Below are positions 27,987 to 38,193 of a DNA stretch of 64,000 nt, piece after piece. The notes under the pieces are model-generated. The model did not search any database and was not told the origin of the DNA. It saw only the letters and a program-made list of their open reading frames with translations. Origin of the DNA: an uncultured Acidobacteriota bacterium. GTDB lineage: Bacteria > Acidobacteriota > Thermoanaerobaculia > Gp7-AA8. The stretch covers positions 992,001 through 1,056,000 of the forward strand of contig CAWGHO010000003.1 of assembly GCA_963822445.1 (NCBI GenBank), in the 5' to 3' direction. Made by a program: the position numbers and the translations under genes. Positions within the stretch are counted from its first letter, which is position 1, and every line of letters starts with the position of its first letter.

Positions 27987-28517
27987 ATGGCCGATCTCCA
28001 ACCCGACAATCCCTACGCCAGAGAGCGTTTCCCCGAGCTCGAAAAAACCGTCGAGTTTCCCGAAGAGGCGAAGAAGCGCTTCGAGTACATCCTCACGCGC
28101 TACCCGACGAAGGAAGCCGCGCTGCTGCCGACGTTGCATCTCGTGCAGGAGCTGTGGGGCTATATCTCGCCCGAGGCGGTGCACTACGTCGGCGAGCTGC
28201 TCGATCTGTCGCCGGCGACCGTCTTCGGCGTCGTCTCGTTCTACGACATGTACGACCAGAAACCGGTCGGCAAGTACCGCCTGCGTGTCTGCACGAACCT
28301 GAGCTGCATGGTCTCGAACGCGTACGACATCTACGAGCATCTCTGCGACCGGCTGAAGGTCAACCCGCACGAGACCACGAAGGACGGCCTGTACACCGTC
28401 CTCGAAGTGGAGTGCCTCGGATCCTGCGGCACCGCGCCGGTCGTGCAGGTCAACAACGACTACCACGAGAACATGAACGTCGAGAAGATGGACGCTCTGC
28501 TGGAGCGCCTGAAATGA
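27987..28517 (+). CDS. nuoE: NADH-quinone oxidoreductase subunit E
   Basis: CTNLSC and ECLGSC 2Fe-2S ligands. Confidence 0.95.
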   Translation: MADLQPDNPYARERFPELEKTVEFPEEAKKRFEYILTRYPTKEAALLPTLHLVQELWGYISPEAVHYVGELLDLSPATVFGVVSFYDMYDQKPVGKYRLRVCTNLSCMVSNAYDIYEHLCDRLKVNPHETTKDGLYTVLEVECLGSCGTAPVVQVNNDYHENMNVEKMDALLERLK

Positions 28518-29827
28518 CGGAACCGATCCGGGTCCTGACTGCAAACATCGACAAGCCGAACTCCACGTCGATCGACACCTACGTCCAGGGCGGTGGCTAC
28601 GAGGCCGCGCGCAAAGCGCTGGGGATGAAGTGGGAAGAAGTCATCCAGCTGGTGAAGGATTCCGAGCTCCGCGGACGCGGCGGCGCGGGATTCCCCACGG
28701 GGATGAAGTGGTCTTTCGTGCCGCGCAATGCGCCGCTGCCGACGTACCTCCTGGCGAACGCCGACGAAGCCGAGCCGGGCACGTTCAAGGACCGGGTCAT
28801 CATCGAGAAGGATCCCCATCTCCTCATCGAGGGGATGATCATCTCCGCGTATGCCATCGGCTCGAATCCGATGGCCTACATCTACATCCGCGGCGAGTTC
28901 CATTACGGCGCGACCGTGCTGGTGAAAGCGCTCGAGGAAGCGCGCGCCAAAGGCTTCCTCGGCAAGAACATCTTCGGCAGCGGCTTCGACTTCGACATCA
29001 CCGTCCACCGCGGCGCCGGTGCATACATCTGCGGCGAGGAAACGGGCCTGATCGAATCGGTGGAAGGGCATCGCGGCCAGCCGCGCGTCAAGCCGCCGTT
29101 CCCCGCGGTCGTCGGCGTGTTCGGCGGTCCGACCGTCGTGCAGAACGTGGAGACCCTGGCCTGCGTGCCGTTGATCGTGAAGAACGGCGCGGACTGGTTC
29201 AAATCATTCGGAAGCCCGAAGAACACCGGGCCGAAGCTCTACTGCGTTTCCGGAAAAGTGAAGAAGCCGGGCGTGTACGAGTTCCCGATGGGCATGAACC
29301 TCAAGGAACTGATTTACGACCACTGCGGCGGCATCGTTGGCGACAAGAAACTCAAAGCCGTCATCCCCGGCGGTGCGTCCGCGCCGATGCTCCTTCCCGA
29401 CGAGATCGACCTGCCGCTGAACTTCGACGCGGTGATGAAAGCCGGGTCGATGCTCGGATCGGCGGGGATCATCGTTCTCGACGAAACGGTGTGCATCGTC
29501 GACGCGGTCTGGCGTCTGGCGAAGTTCTTCGCCCACGAGTCCTGCGGCCAGTGCACGCCCTGCCGCGAGGGAACGAACTGGATGGAGTCGATCCTCGATC
29601 GTCTGGAGCGCGGTGAAGGGCGGAAACAGGACGCCGATCTGCTCCTGGACATGTCCGACAACATCGGCGGCAAGTCCCTCTGCGCCCTCGGCGACGCGGC
29701 CATCGGCCCGGTCATCTCGTCGGTGAAGAAGTTCCGCGACGAGTACCTGCACCACGTCGAGCACAAGAGCTGTCTCCCCGGCACGAAGCGGTATCGCCGG
29801 CTGGACATGCCCGTCGGCGCGCACTGA
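28514..29827 (+). CDS. nuoF: NADH-quinone oxidoreductase subunit F
   Basis: GRGGAGFPTGMKW, GAGAYICGEET, ESCGQCTPCREG; ATGA overlap. Confidence 0.96.
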   Translation: MTEPIRVLTANIDKPNSTSIDTYVQGGGYEAARKALGMKWEEVIQLVKDSELRGRGGAGFPTGMKWSFVPRNAPLPTYLLANADEAEPGTFKDRVIIEKDPHLLIEGMIISAYAIGSNPMAYIYIRGEFHYGATVLVKALEEARAKGFLGKNIFGSGFDFDITVHRGAGAYICGEETGLIESVEGHRGQPRVKPPFPAVVGVFGGPTVVQNVETLACVPLIVKNGADWFKSFGSPKNTGPKLYCVSGKVKKPGVYEFPMGMNLKELIYDHCGGIVGDKKLKAVIPGGASAPMLLPDEIDLPLNFDAVMKAGSMLGSAGIIVLDETVCIVDAVWRLAKFFAHESCGQCTPCREGTNWMESILDRLERGEGRKQDADLLLDMSDNIGGKSLCALGDAAIGPVISSVKKFRDEYLHHVEHKSCLPGTKRYRRLDMPVGAH

Positions 29828-29912
29828 CGAAAGTCACCTTTTTCCGCTGACACCCGTGACTGCTTCCGTAGCCTCCCGGGCGCTACATTGCGTCCTGTAA
29901 GGAGGCAGTTCA

Positions 29913-30431
29913 ATGAAGTTCATGCGTGTGTTGCTGATGTTCGCCCTGGCGTTCCCGGTCTTCGCGGCCGATGAGATGAAGAAGCTCGATTTCCTGATCG
30001 GCGAATGGAAAGGGGAGGCCTGGTGGCAGATGGGAGGGCCGAACGCGAAGCGCGAGTACGCCCTTCAGCACGAGAAGGTCACCCCCCGCGCCGGCGGTAA
30101 CGCCCTGCTGGTCGAAGGAATCGGCCGTACGAAAAAAGAGGACGGCTCCGCCGGTGAGATCGTCCACGACGCCCTGGCCCTGCTCCGCTGGGACGACGCC
30201 GCGAAGCAGTACCGCTTCTCCACCGCCGTCGCCGGCCGTGGCACCGCCGAGCCGACCTTCGAGGTAACCGGCCCGAACAAAGCGGTCTGGAGCATGGATC
30301 TCCCCCAGGGAAAGATGCGCTACACCATCACCCTCAACGAGAAAGGGGAGTGGTTCGAAGTGGGCGAGTACTCCCGCGACGGCGAGAAGTGGTCGAAGTT
30401 CCTGGAGATGACGCTGGTGAAGGTGAAGTAG
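29913..30431 (+). CDS. Exported beta-rich protein (DUF1579-like)
   Basis: Signal peptide; MKKLDFLIGEWKGE; AGGAGG SD. Confidence 0.7.
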   Translation: MKFMRVLLMFALAFPVFAADEMKKLDFLIGEWKGEAWWQMGGPNAKREYALQHEKVTPRAGGNALLVEGIGRTKKEDGSAGEIVHDALALLRWDDAAKQYRFSTAVAGRGTAEPTFEVTGPNKAVWSMDLPQGKMRYTITLNEKGEWFEVGEYSRDGEKWSKFLEMTLVKVK

Positions 30432-30438
30432 GTAAATA

Positions 30439-30490
30439 GGTTGCGGGGTTTCGGGGTTGCGAGGTTCTGACCCCGTAACCCCGCAACCCC
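30439..30490. repeat. Intergenic 8-mer tandem plus inverted repeat hairpin (GGTTGCGG-like)
   Basis: ggttgcgg ggtttcgg ggttgcga ggtt ... ccccgtaa ccccgcaa cccc. Confidence 0.72.
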
Positions 30491-30493
30491 ATT

Positions 30494-30522
30494 TGCAATC
30501 GATCCCCGAAATCCTGCGTATA
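30494..30522 (+). promoter_or_regulatory. Candidate ECF autoregulatory promoter
   Basis: TGCAAT-N17-CGTATA about 10 nt before the ECF ATG. Confidence 0.4.
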
Positions 30523-30532
30523 TAGCCCCAGG

Positions 30533-31075
30533 ATGACGGCGATCTTGACCGAACCGATCGACTTTCCGACCGCGCTGAAACGAGCGCAGGGCGGCGATCA
30601 CGACGCCTTCGCGGAACTGGTCGAGCAGCACGAGGCCATGGTCTACAGCCTCGGCTACCACTTCTTCTCCGACCGCGGCCGCGCCGAGGAGATCGCGCAG
30701 GACGTCTTCCTGCAGCTCTATCGGAACCTCGGCACCATCGAATCCGAATCCCACCTTCTCTTCTGGCTGCGCCAGGTCACGACCCGCCGCTGCATCGACC
30801 AGACCCGCCGATTCCGCATGAAAGCGGTCCGCCTCGAAGACGCCGGCGAGCTTCGCGCCGCCGATCGCCACACCGACTTCCTGCGCGACAAGAAGCTCCG
30901 CGAGCTCATCGCCGAGCTGCCCGATCTTCAACGCGCCGTCGTCACCCTCCGCTACCAGGAAGACCTCGATCCGTCGGAGATCTGCCAGATCGTCGACATG
31001 CCCGTCAACACCGTCAAAAGCCATCTGCACCGCGCACTGCAGTCGCTGCGTAGAAAGCTGGAGAAACACCTATGA
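30533..31075 (+). CDS. ECF RNA polymerase sigma factor
   Basis: AEEIAQDVFL; NTVKSHLHRA. Confidence 0.92.
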   Translation: MTAILTEPIDFPTALKRAQGGDHDAFAELVEQHEAMVYSLGYHFFSDRGRAEEIAQDVFLQLYRNLGTIESESHLLFWLRQVTTRRCIDQTRRFRMKAVRLEDAGELRAADRHTDFLRDKKLRELIAELPDLQRAVVTLRYQEDLDPSEICQIVDMPVNTVKSHLHRALQSLRRKLEKHL

Positions 31076-31371
31076 ACCTCGAACATGATCTGAAACGCGC
31101 ACTTCGACGCGAGTCGCCGGCTCCCGGCTTCGCGGGACGGGTGCTGTCGCGAATCGAACAACCGGAAGTCCGCAAGCGTCCCGTCTGGTGGCGCGCCGCC
31201 GCGGCCTCGGTCACCCTGGCGACCCTTCTCGGCGGATACGGCGCGCACAAAGTCGCCGAGCGCCGCGAACAGGAAAAGGCCGCCGAGCAGGTCATCCTGG
31301 CGATGCAGATCGCCGGCGAGAAAGTTCGCTACGCGCAGCAGGAAGTCCGCGCTATCGGATCCCACAACTGA
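31072..31371 (+). CDS. Putative single-TM anti-sigma factor
   Basis: ATGA overlap; PAPGFAGRV; WWRAAAA TM segment. Confidence 0.7.
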   Translation: MNLEHDLKRALRRESPAPGFAGRVLSRIEQPEVRKRPVWWRAAAASVTLATLLGGYGAHKVAERREQEKAAEQVILAMQIAGEKVRYAQQEVRAIGSHN

Positions 31372-31386
31372 ATCAAGGAGATCACC

Positions 31387-31926
31387 ATGCGTAAATTCAT
31401 CGTCTCGCTCGCACTCTTGCTCGTCGTCGCCATTCCCGCGTCGGCGCAACGGATCAACCTCGACTTCCTGGCCGACCTCGAAGAGCGCGCCGACGAAGTG
31501 GTCGACGTGACTCTCGACGCGAACATGCTCCGGATGGCCGCGAAGATCTTCAACGGACGCGACCACGATCAACGCGCCATCGGCGACATGGTCCGCGGCC
31601 TCGAAGGCATCTACGTCCGAAGCTACGAGTTCGCCGATGACGGGCAGTACGACCGCAAGCTCCTCGACCGCGTGAAGAGCCAGCTCGGCAACACCTGGAA
31701 GCCGCTGGTCACCGTCCGCAGCAAGAAGAAAGAGAACGTGAACATCTGGGCGGACATGCGGGGCGAGCGCGTGGTCGGACTGGTCATCGTCGCTGCCGAG
31801 CCGCGCGAGCTGACGGTCGTCAACATCGTCGGACCGATCGACATCGAGCGGCTCGCCGACCTCGAAGGTGAGTTCGGCATCCCCAACTTCAGCAACGGCA
31901 AGAGCAAGGACCACGACAATGACTAA
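31387..31926 (+). CDS. DUF4252-like exported protein
   Basis: Signal peptide; VDVTLD, IYVRSYEF, LTVVNIVGPID; AAGGAG SD. Confidence 0.78.
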   Translation: MRKFIVSLALLLVVAIPASAQRINLDFLADLEERADEVVDVTLDANMLRMAAKIFNGRDHDQRAIGDMVRGLEGIYVRSYEFADDGQYDRKLLDRVKSQLGNTWKPLVTVRSKKKENVNIWADMRGERVVGLVIVAAEPRELTVVNIVGPIDIERLADLEGEFGIPNFSNGKSKDHDND

Positions 31927-32398
31927 GCGTCTGTTCTCGGCGCTGCTTCTCGTCGCGGTCACACTTCCTCTGCATGCCGACTTCGCCGAGGTTGCGCGGG
32001 CGCTCGACCGGAAGGCCGGCGTCAAGCGGATCTGGATTCCGCTCCTCGGCCTCGCGCGGTTTGCCGTGCGCGTCATTCAGCCCGAGGGGGTGAATGATTT
32101 TCAGCTCGCGACGTTCACGGGAACCGAGAGCGTCGATCCGCGCGACCTGCAGCAGATGATGCGCGAGAAGCTCGGCCAGGGCTTCCAGCCGCTGGTCCAG
32201 GTCTGGTCGCGGAAGTCGGGCAAGAAAGAGTTCAGCTTCATCTACGCCAGGCCGCGTCCGAACCGCGAGGACATCGAGATCGTGATCCTCGCGCACGACG
32301 ACGAGGACACCGTGCTCGTGCGCGTCAACGTCGATGCGAACGTGCTCGCGCGGCAACTCAACGAGCCGCGAAGTGTGAGGCGCATGGCGCACCGCTGA
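31919..32398 (+). CDS. Exported hypothetical protein (distant DUF4252-like)
   Basis: Signal peptide MTKRLFSALL...LHA; overlaps the previous stop. Confidence 0.65.
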   Translation: MTKRLFSALLLVAVTLPLHADFAEVARALDRKAGVKRIWIPLLGLARFAVRVIQPEGVNDFQLATFTGTESVDPRDLQQMMREKLGQGFQPLVQVWSRKSGKKEFSFIYARPRPNREDIEIVILAHDDEDTVLVRVNVDANVLARQLNEPRSVRRMAHR

Positions 32399-32443
32399 GA
32401 CAGCGCCGCGAGGGAGCGGCGGTGTAGAATGCTCGCTCCCCAA

Positions 32444-33616
32444 ATGGCCCGCTACGAAGCACGAGAAGACTCGCACGATCTCCTCAATCAGTACCTGCAG
32501 GAAATCGCCAGAATCCCTCGTCTCACGCCCGAGCGTGAAAAGGAGCTGGGCCGCCGTGTGCAGGAAAACGACAAGGCCGCGCTCGAGGAACTGGTCAAGT
32601 CGAATCTACGATTCGTAGTGTCGTACGCGAAGCGGTACCGCAACGCGAACGTTCTCTTCCTCGACCTGATCAACGAAGGCAACATCGGCCTCATCCACGC
32701 CGCGAAGAAGTACGACCCCGACAAGAACGTGAAGTTCATCACGTACGCGGTCTGGTGGATCCGGCAGGCCATTCTCCACGCGCTTTCCGAGCAGGCCGGT
32801 GCGTTCCGGCTGCCGCCCAAGCGCGCCAACCTGATGTACCGCTTGGAGAAGGCGATCGCCACCGCGATGAGCGAGGGCAATCACATCCCCACCCCTGACG
32901 AGCTCGCGCTCAACCTCGGCGTCACGGTCAAGGAAGTGAACACGCTTCTGCAGGCCAACGCCGACAACTTCTCACTCAACGCGGAGCTCGACGACGAGTC
33001 GCACACGGAGCTCGGCGACGTAATCGAGCAGACGACCATCCCTTCGGCCGAGGACGAGATGCAGTCGCAGTCGCGGCGCGAGGAGCTGCTCGCGCACATG
33101 TCCGAGCTCTCGCCGAAAGAGCGGCTCGTCCTCACCCTCCGGCACGGTGTGAGCGACAACGTACCGAAGAGCGTCAGTGAGCTGGCCTCGTTCCTCAACC
33201 GCGATGTCGAGAACGTGAAGTCCATCCTCGAAAGCGCGAAGACGAAGGTCTGCGATCAGTTGCAGATCACCGAAGGGGAGCTCGCGGTGCTGCTGCTGTA
33301 CACGAACCCGAACCCGAAGGCCTGGTTCCGCTTCTGGTACGAGCTCAACGACCGCCGCGACGGCGTGAGCCCGGACGTGCCGAAAGAGCGCCTGCCGTTC
33401 CTCCAGAACCTCAAGCAGCACGGCGCTGTGCAGCAGTCGATCGACGCGCTGTCGCTGGAAGAGAAGACGATCGTCAAGCTGCGCTACGGCGTGCTTCAGG
33501 ACGACGAACTGACCCTGCGCGACATCGGCGAGATCCTCGGCTTGTCCCGCGAGCGCGTGCGGCAGATCGAGTCTCGGGCCGAGGCGAAGTGCCGGCGAAG
33601 CGTTCGGCGGAGTTGA
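32444..33616 (+). CDS. Sigma-70 (RpoD/RpoS-like, lacking region 1.1) with two region-4-like domains
   Basis: LNQYLQEI; DLINEGNIGL...KFITYAVWWIRQAI; SRERVRQIE; start could instead be 32429. Confidence 0.9.
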   Translation: MARYEAREDSHDLLNQYLQEIARIPRLTPEREKELGRRVQENDKAALEELVKSNLRFVVSYAKRYRNANVLFLDLINEGNIGLIHAAKKYDPDKNVKFITYAVWWIRQAILHALSEQAGAFRLPPKRANLMYRLEKAIATAMSEGNHIPTPDELALNLGVTVKEVNTLLQANADNFSLNAELDDESHTELGDVIEQTTIPSAEDEMQSQSRREELLAHMSELSPKERLVLTLRHGVSDNVPKSVSELASFLNRDVENVKSILESAKTKVCDQLQITEGELAVLLLYTNPNPKAWFRFWYELNDRRDGVSPDVPKERLPFLQNLKQHGAVQQSIDALSLEEKTIVKLRYGVLQDDELTLRDIGEILGLSRERVRQIESRAEAKCRRSVRRS

Positions 33617-33632
33617 TCTAAACTTCCCCTCG

Positions 33633-33892
33633 ATGTCCGACCCCGCCAACCCACCCATGGGCCGCCTCGACGCCTTCGACGTCGGGCCTCGAAAGCTCAC
33701 CGTGCAGACCGAGTTCTTTCCCCGCCCGTCCTGGCGCATCGAGACCAAGGTCTACCTCGGCGGGGAGCTGAAGAAGGTCTACACCCAGGACGTTTCCGAA
33801 TCGGCCGAGCCGGAGCTGCAGAAGATCACCAACGAGTTTCATCAGGCGAAGATCGACGAGATCATGGAAGGCCTGCGCGCGCGGAAGCAGCA

Positions 33893-33896
<4 letters not shown>
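33633..33896 (+). CDS. Hypothetical protein
   Basis: 87 aa, typical codon usage, ATGA-coupled to the next gene. Confidence 0.65.
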
Positions 33897-34776
<880 letters not shown>

Positions 34777-34780
<4 letters not shown>

Positions 34781-35466
34781 GCTGGGTCGTTTACTCCGAG
34801 ACCGTGCGGCGGCATCTGACCAGCACCGCGTACTGGTCGCTGATCGCGCTGACGGCAATCGTAGCCTTCGGGACGGCGCGCTTCGACAGTCCCGGTGCGG
34901 CCTGGCCGCCGCTCATCACGCTGCTGGCGATCATCGCCGGTTGCGCGCCGATCGGACCGGAGTTCTCGTCGGGCACGCTTCAGTTGATTCTCGTCAAGCC
35001 GGTGAATCGCTCCGCGTATCTGCTGTCGCGAGTCGCGGGCGTGGTCACGGCCGTCTGGCTTGCGGGGATCGTCGCCGCCGTCGCGGAGCTCCTCGGCCGC
35101 GCAGTCATGGACAAGCCCATTCACGCGAACATCCTCGGCACGACCCTGCTGAACGTCGCGATCTCCTCGGTGCTGGTCGTCTCGCTGCTGGTCTTCTTCG
35201 GCAGTTTCACCCGCGCTTACTTCAACGTCGCGATCTATGTCGGGATGCAGATCGTTCTCGGGATCGTCATGGCCCTGGTCGCCATGGGGAGGCGCTTTCC
35301 CACCGTGTCACGCGCTCTCCAGCAGGTGATGAACAACTTCTTTCCCGAAGAGCCTCGCGCGCTCGATACGCCGTGGCTGCTGATGGTCCTCTCCAACGCT
35401 GCCGTCGCGCTGGCGTTGGCCTGCTTGATCTTCCGCCGGCGGGAGGTGCCGTATGGCGGCGATTGA
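34777..35466 (+). CDS. ABC-2 type permease
   Basis: GTGA overlap; EFSSGTLQLILVKPVNR; multiple TM segments. Confidence 0.85.
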
Positions 35467-35935
35467 GCTCTTCGATCGCCGCAGCCAGCGCTCGGTGCCG
35501 ATCGCGATCTTGCTGATCGCCATCGCGTTGCTCATCGCGCGGTTCGCGTACGCGCCGAAACAAAACGGCACGCGCGACCTCGTCCGCTGGGTCAATCCCG
35601 GCGAAGCGGTTGCGCTGGCACGATCGACCGGGAAACCGATCCTCTACGACTTCACCGCCGAGTGGTGCGACCCCTGTCATGTGCTCGATGCCGAAGTTTT
35701 CGGCGATGACGTTGCGGCGCGGGAGATCAACGAGCGATTCATCCCCGTGCGCATCACCGACCGGCAACAGGAAGACGGCCGGAACGCGCCGGAGGTCGAC
35801 GCGCTCGAGAAGCGGTATTTCGTCCGAGGCTTTCCGACGGTTGTCTTCGTCAACGCGAACGGCAGCGAAGTCGGTCGCATGGAAGGCTATAAGGGACGCG
35901 AGGAACTGCTGCGGATCATGGAGCGCGTTCGCTGA
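35453..35935 (+). CDS. Membrane-anchored thioredoxin-family protein
   Basis: FTAEWCDPC; VRGFPT. Confidence 0.88.
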   Translation: MAAIELFDRRSQRSVPIAILLIAIALLIARFAYAPKQNGTRDLVRWVNPGEAVALARSTGKPILYDFTAEWCDPCHVLDAEVFGDDVAAREINERFIPVRITDRQQEDGRNAPEVDALEKRYFVRGFPTVVFVNANGSEVGRMEGYKGREELLRIMERVR

Positions 35936-36321
35936 TGCGACTCGAGCATCTTTCGATCGATGAAGAGGACCACTGGCGCGGTGAGTTCGCCCAGGAGAAC
36001 TGGATCTTCGGCAGCCTCAGTCTGAGCGTGACCCTGCCCGAATTCGCGGGCGGCACTCCTGCTCTGAGGGAGATGCACTTCGGGTACTACCTCCAGCCGC
36101 TGCACCTGAACGTCGACGATCGCGAAGACCTCCCGCGCAAGCTTCTGTACGTGCTGGCGCGCCGGCGCCCGCCGCTCGATTTTCTCGAGCTCGTCGGCGC
36201 CGGCGTACGCATCCCGCACTGTTTTCCTACAGGCTTCACCCTCGGATCGGTGTTGCGGATTACGTTGCAGGAACTGCGGAAATTGCCGTTGCGTGAAGCA
36301 CTACAATCGCCGTCCGAATGA
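35935..36321 (+). CDS. Hypothetical protein
   Basis: TGATG and ATGA coupling on both sides. Confidence 0.55.
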   Translation: MRLEHLSIDEEDHWRGEFAQENWIFGSLSLSVTLPEFAGGTPALREMHFGYYLQPLHLNVDDREDLPRKLLYVLARRRPPLDFLELVGAGVRIPHCFPTGFTLGSVLRITLQELRKLPLREALQSPSE

Positions 36322-38051
36322 CGCCGTTCCGCCGCCTCCTTCATTACTTTGCCCTCTATAAAAAGCGTCTGACCCTGGGCGCGCTTTGCGTCGTCGGCTC
36401 GGCGGGCTTCTCGCTCCTCAAGCCGATGATCATCGGCCGCGCGGTGAACCGGCTGACCACTGAGTTCACGCGCGAGGACCTCGTCCGCTACAGCCTGATG
36501 CTCATCGGCGCGTCGATGGTCGAGGGCCTTTTTCTGTACCTGCAGCGGTCGATCATCATCGGCGCATCGCGCCGCATGGAGTACGACATGCGGAACGACT
36601 TCTACCTGCATCTGCAGCGTCTTCCGCTCAGTTTCTATCAGGAGCAACGCACGGGCGACCTGATGTCGCGTGCAACCAACGACCTCGCTTCCGTGCGCAT
36701 GCTCATCGGTCCGGCGACGATGCATTCGCTATCGTCACTGCTGGTCGTCGTTGGCTCGTTCGTGATGATGCTGCAGATCGACGTGGGCATGGCGCTGATG
36801 GCCCTGGTCGCCGTTCCGATCGTGGCCGGCCTGGTGCAGTTCTTCGGGCAGCGCATTCACAACCGGTTCAAAGCGGTGCAGGACTACTTCGGCGACATCT
36901 CCGCCCGCGTTCAGGAGAACCTTGCCGGCGTTCGCGTCGTGCGCGCGTTCACGCGCGAGCACAACGAGATCGAGACGTTCAAACGCCTCAATCACGAGTA
37001 CGTCGAGAAGAACCGCCGTCTGATTCGTCTCACCGCGACGTTCTATCCGATGCTGCACGCGCTGATCGGCGTGATGTTCGTGATCGTCTTCTATTTCGGC
37101 AGCCACAAGATCGTCGCCGGCACGATGACCCTCGGCGCATTCGTGGCCTTCCAGTTCTACCTCGGCCGCATGATCTGGCCGCTGATCGCGCTCGGCTGGG
37201 TGATCAATCTCATCCAGCGCGGAATGGCCTCGATGAAACGGCTGCACGAGATCTGGGTCGTCGAGCCGAACGTCGACGCGCGTGATTCCGTGGAGATGCA
37301 GCCGAAGGGGAACCTCGAGATTCGCGATCTCACGTTTTCGTACGGCGCGCGCGACGTGCTCCGCAACATCAACCTCGACGTTCGCCACGGCGAGACGATC
37401 GGCATCGTGGGCCGCACTGGAAGCGGGAAATCGACGCTGCTCGCGTTGATCACCCGTTCCTTCGAGCCGCCGCCGGACACGATTTTTCTCGATGGCCGGC
37501 CGATCGAGACCATCCCGCTGAAACAACTGCGCGAATGGATCGGCATGGTGCCGCAGGAAACGTTTCTCTTCTCGGAGTCGATCGCGGAGAACATCCGCTT
37601 CGGCCGTGCCGAGGCCGCGGATGCGGAGGTTGCCGCGTCGGCGGATCAGGCCGGTCTCACCGGCGACGTCACCGTCTTCCCGCAAGGTCTCGAGACAGTC
37701 ATCGGCGAGCGCGGCATCACCCTTTCCGGCGGCCAGAAACAGCGGACGGCGATCGCCCGCGCGCTCGTCCGCGATCCGCTGATCCTCATCCTCGACGACT
37801 CGCTGAGCGCGGTCGACACGCAGACCGAGGATCGGATCCTCGAGGCGCTGCGGAGCATTCGGAAGGGGAGGACAGTGCTGATCGTGTCCCATCGCGCGTC
37901 GTCGGTGAAAGACGCCGACCACATCGTCGTCCTCGAGGAAGGGGCGATCGTCGAGCGCGGATCGCACGAGCAGCTCATCGACCGCGGCGGCTACTACGCC
38001 GATCTGTACCGGCGGCAGACGATCGAAGCGGAGCTGGAGGAGATCGCGTGA
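36318..38051 (+). CDS. Heterodimeric ABC exporter subunit (MdlA/YheI-like)
   Basis: TGDLMSRATND, GRTGSGKS, LSGGQKQR, LDDSLSAVD. Confidence 0.92.
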   Translation: MTPFRRLLHYFALYKKRLTLGALCVVGSAGFSLLKPMIIGRAVNRLTTEFTREDLVRYSLMLIGASMVEGLFLYLQRSIIIGASRRMEYDMRNDFYLHLQRLPLSFYQEQRTGDLMSRATNDLASVRMLIGPATMHSLSSLLVVVGSFVMMLQIDVGMALMALVAVPIVAGLVQFFGQRIHNRFKAVQDYFGDISARVQENLAGVRVVRAFTREHNEIETFKRLNHEYVEKNRRLIRLTATFYPMLHALIGVMFVIVFYFGSHKIVAGTMTLGAFVAFQFYLGRMIWPLIALGWVINLIQRGMASMKRLHEIWVVEPNVDARDSVEMQPKGNLEIRDLTFSYGARDVLRNINLDVRHGETIGIVGRTGSGKSTLLALITRSFEPPPDTIFLDGRPIETIPLKQLREWIGMVPQETFLFSESIAENIRFGRAEAADAEVAASADQAGLTGDVTVFPQGLETVIGERGITLSGGQKQRTAIARALVRDPLILILDDSLSAVDTQTEDRILEALRSIRKGRTVLIVSHRASSVKDADHIVVLEEGAIVERGSHEQLIDRGGYYADLYRRQTIEAELEEIA

Positions 38052-38061
38052 GTGTCTTCAG

Positions 38062-38169
38062 TTTATCCCGCGCGAAGACGCGGGATCTCCCGGTGCACGA
38101 ACGACGATCTTCCATCGGAACGGCTCGTCGCGGTGCACGGAGAGATCCCGCGTCTGCGCGCGGGATAAA
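38062..38169. repeat. REP-doublet-like hairpin between the two exporter genes
   Basis: tttatcccgcgcgaagacgcgggatctc ... gagatcccgcgtctgcgcgcgggataaa. Confidence 0.85.
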
Positions 38170-38193
38170 GTCGAAAGGCGCAGGAGAAATCGC

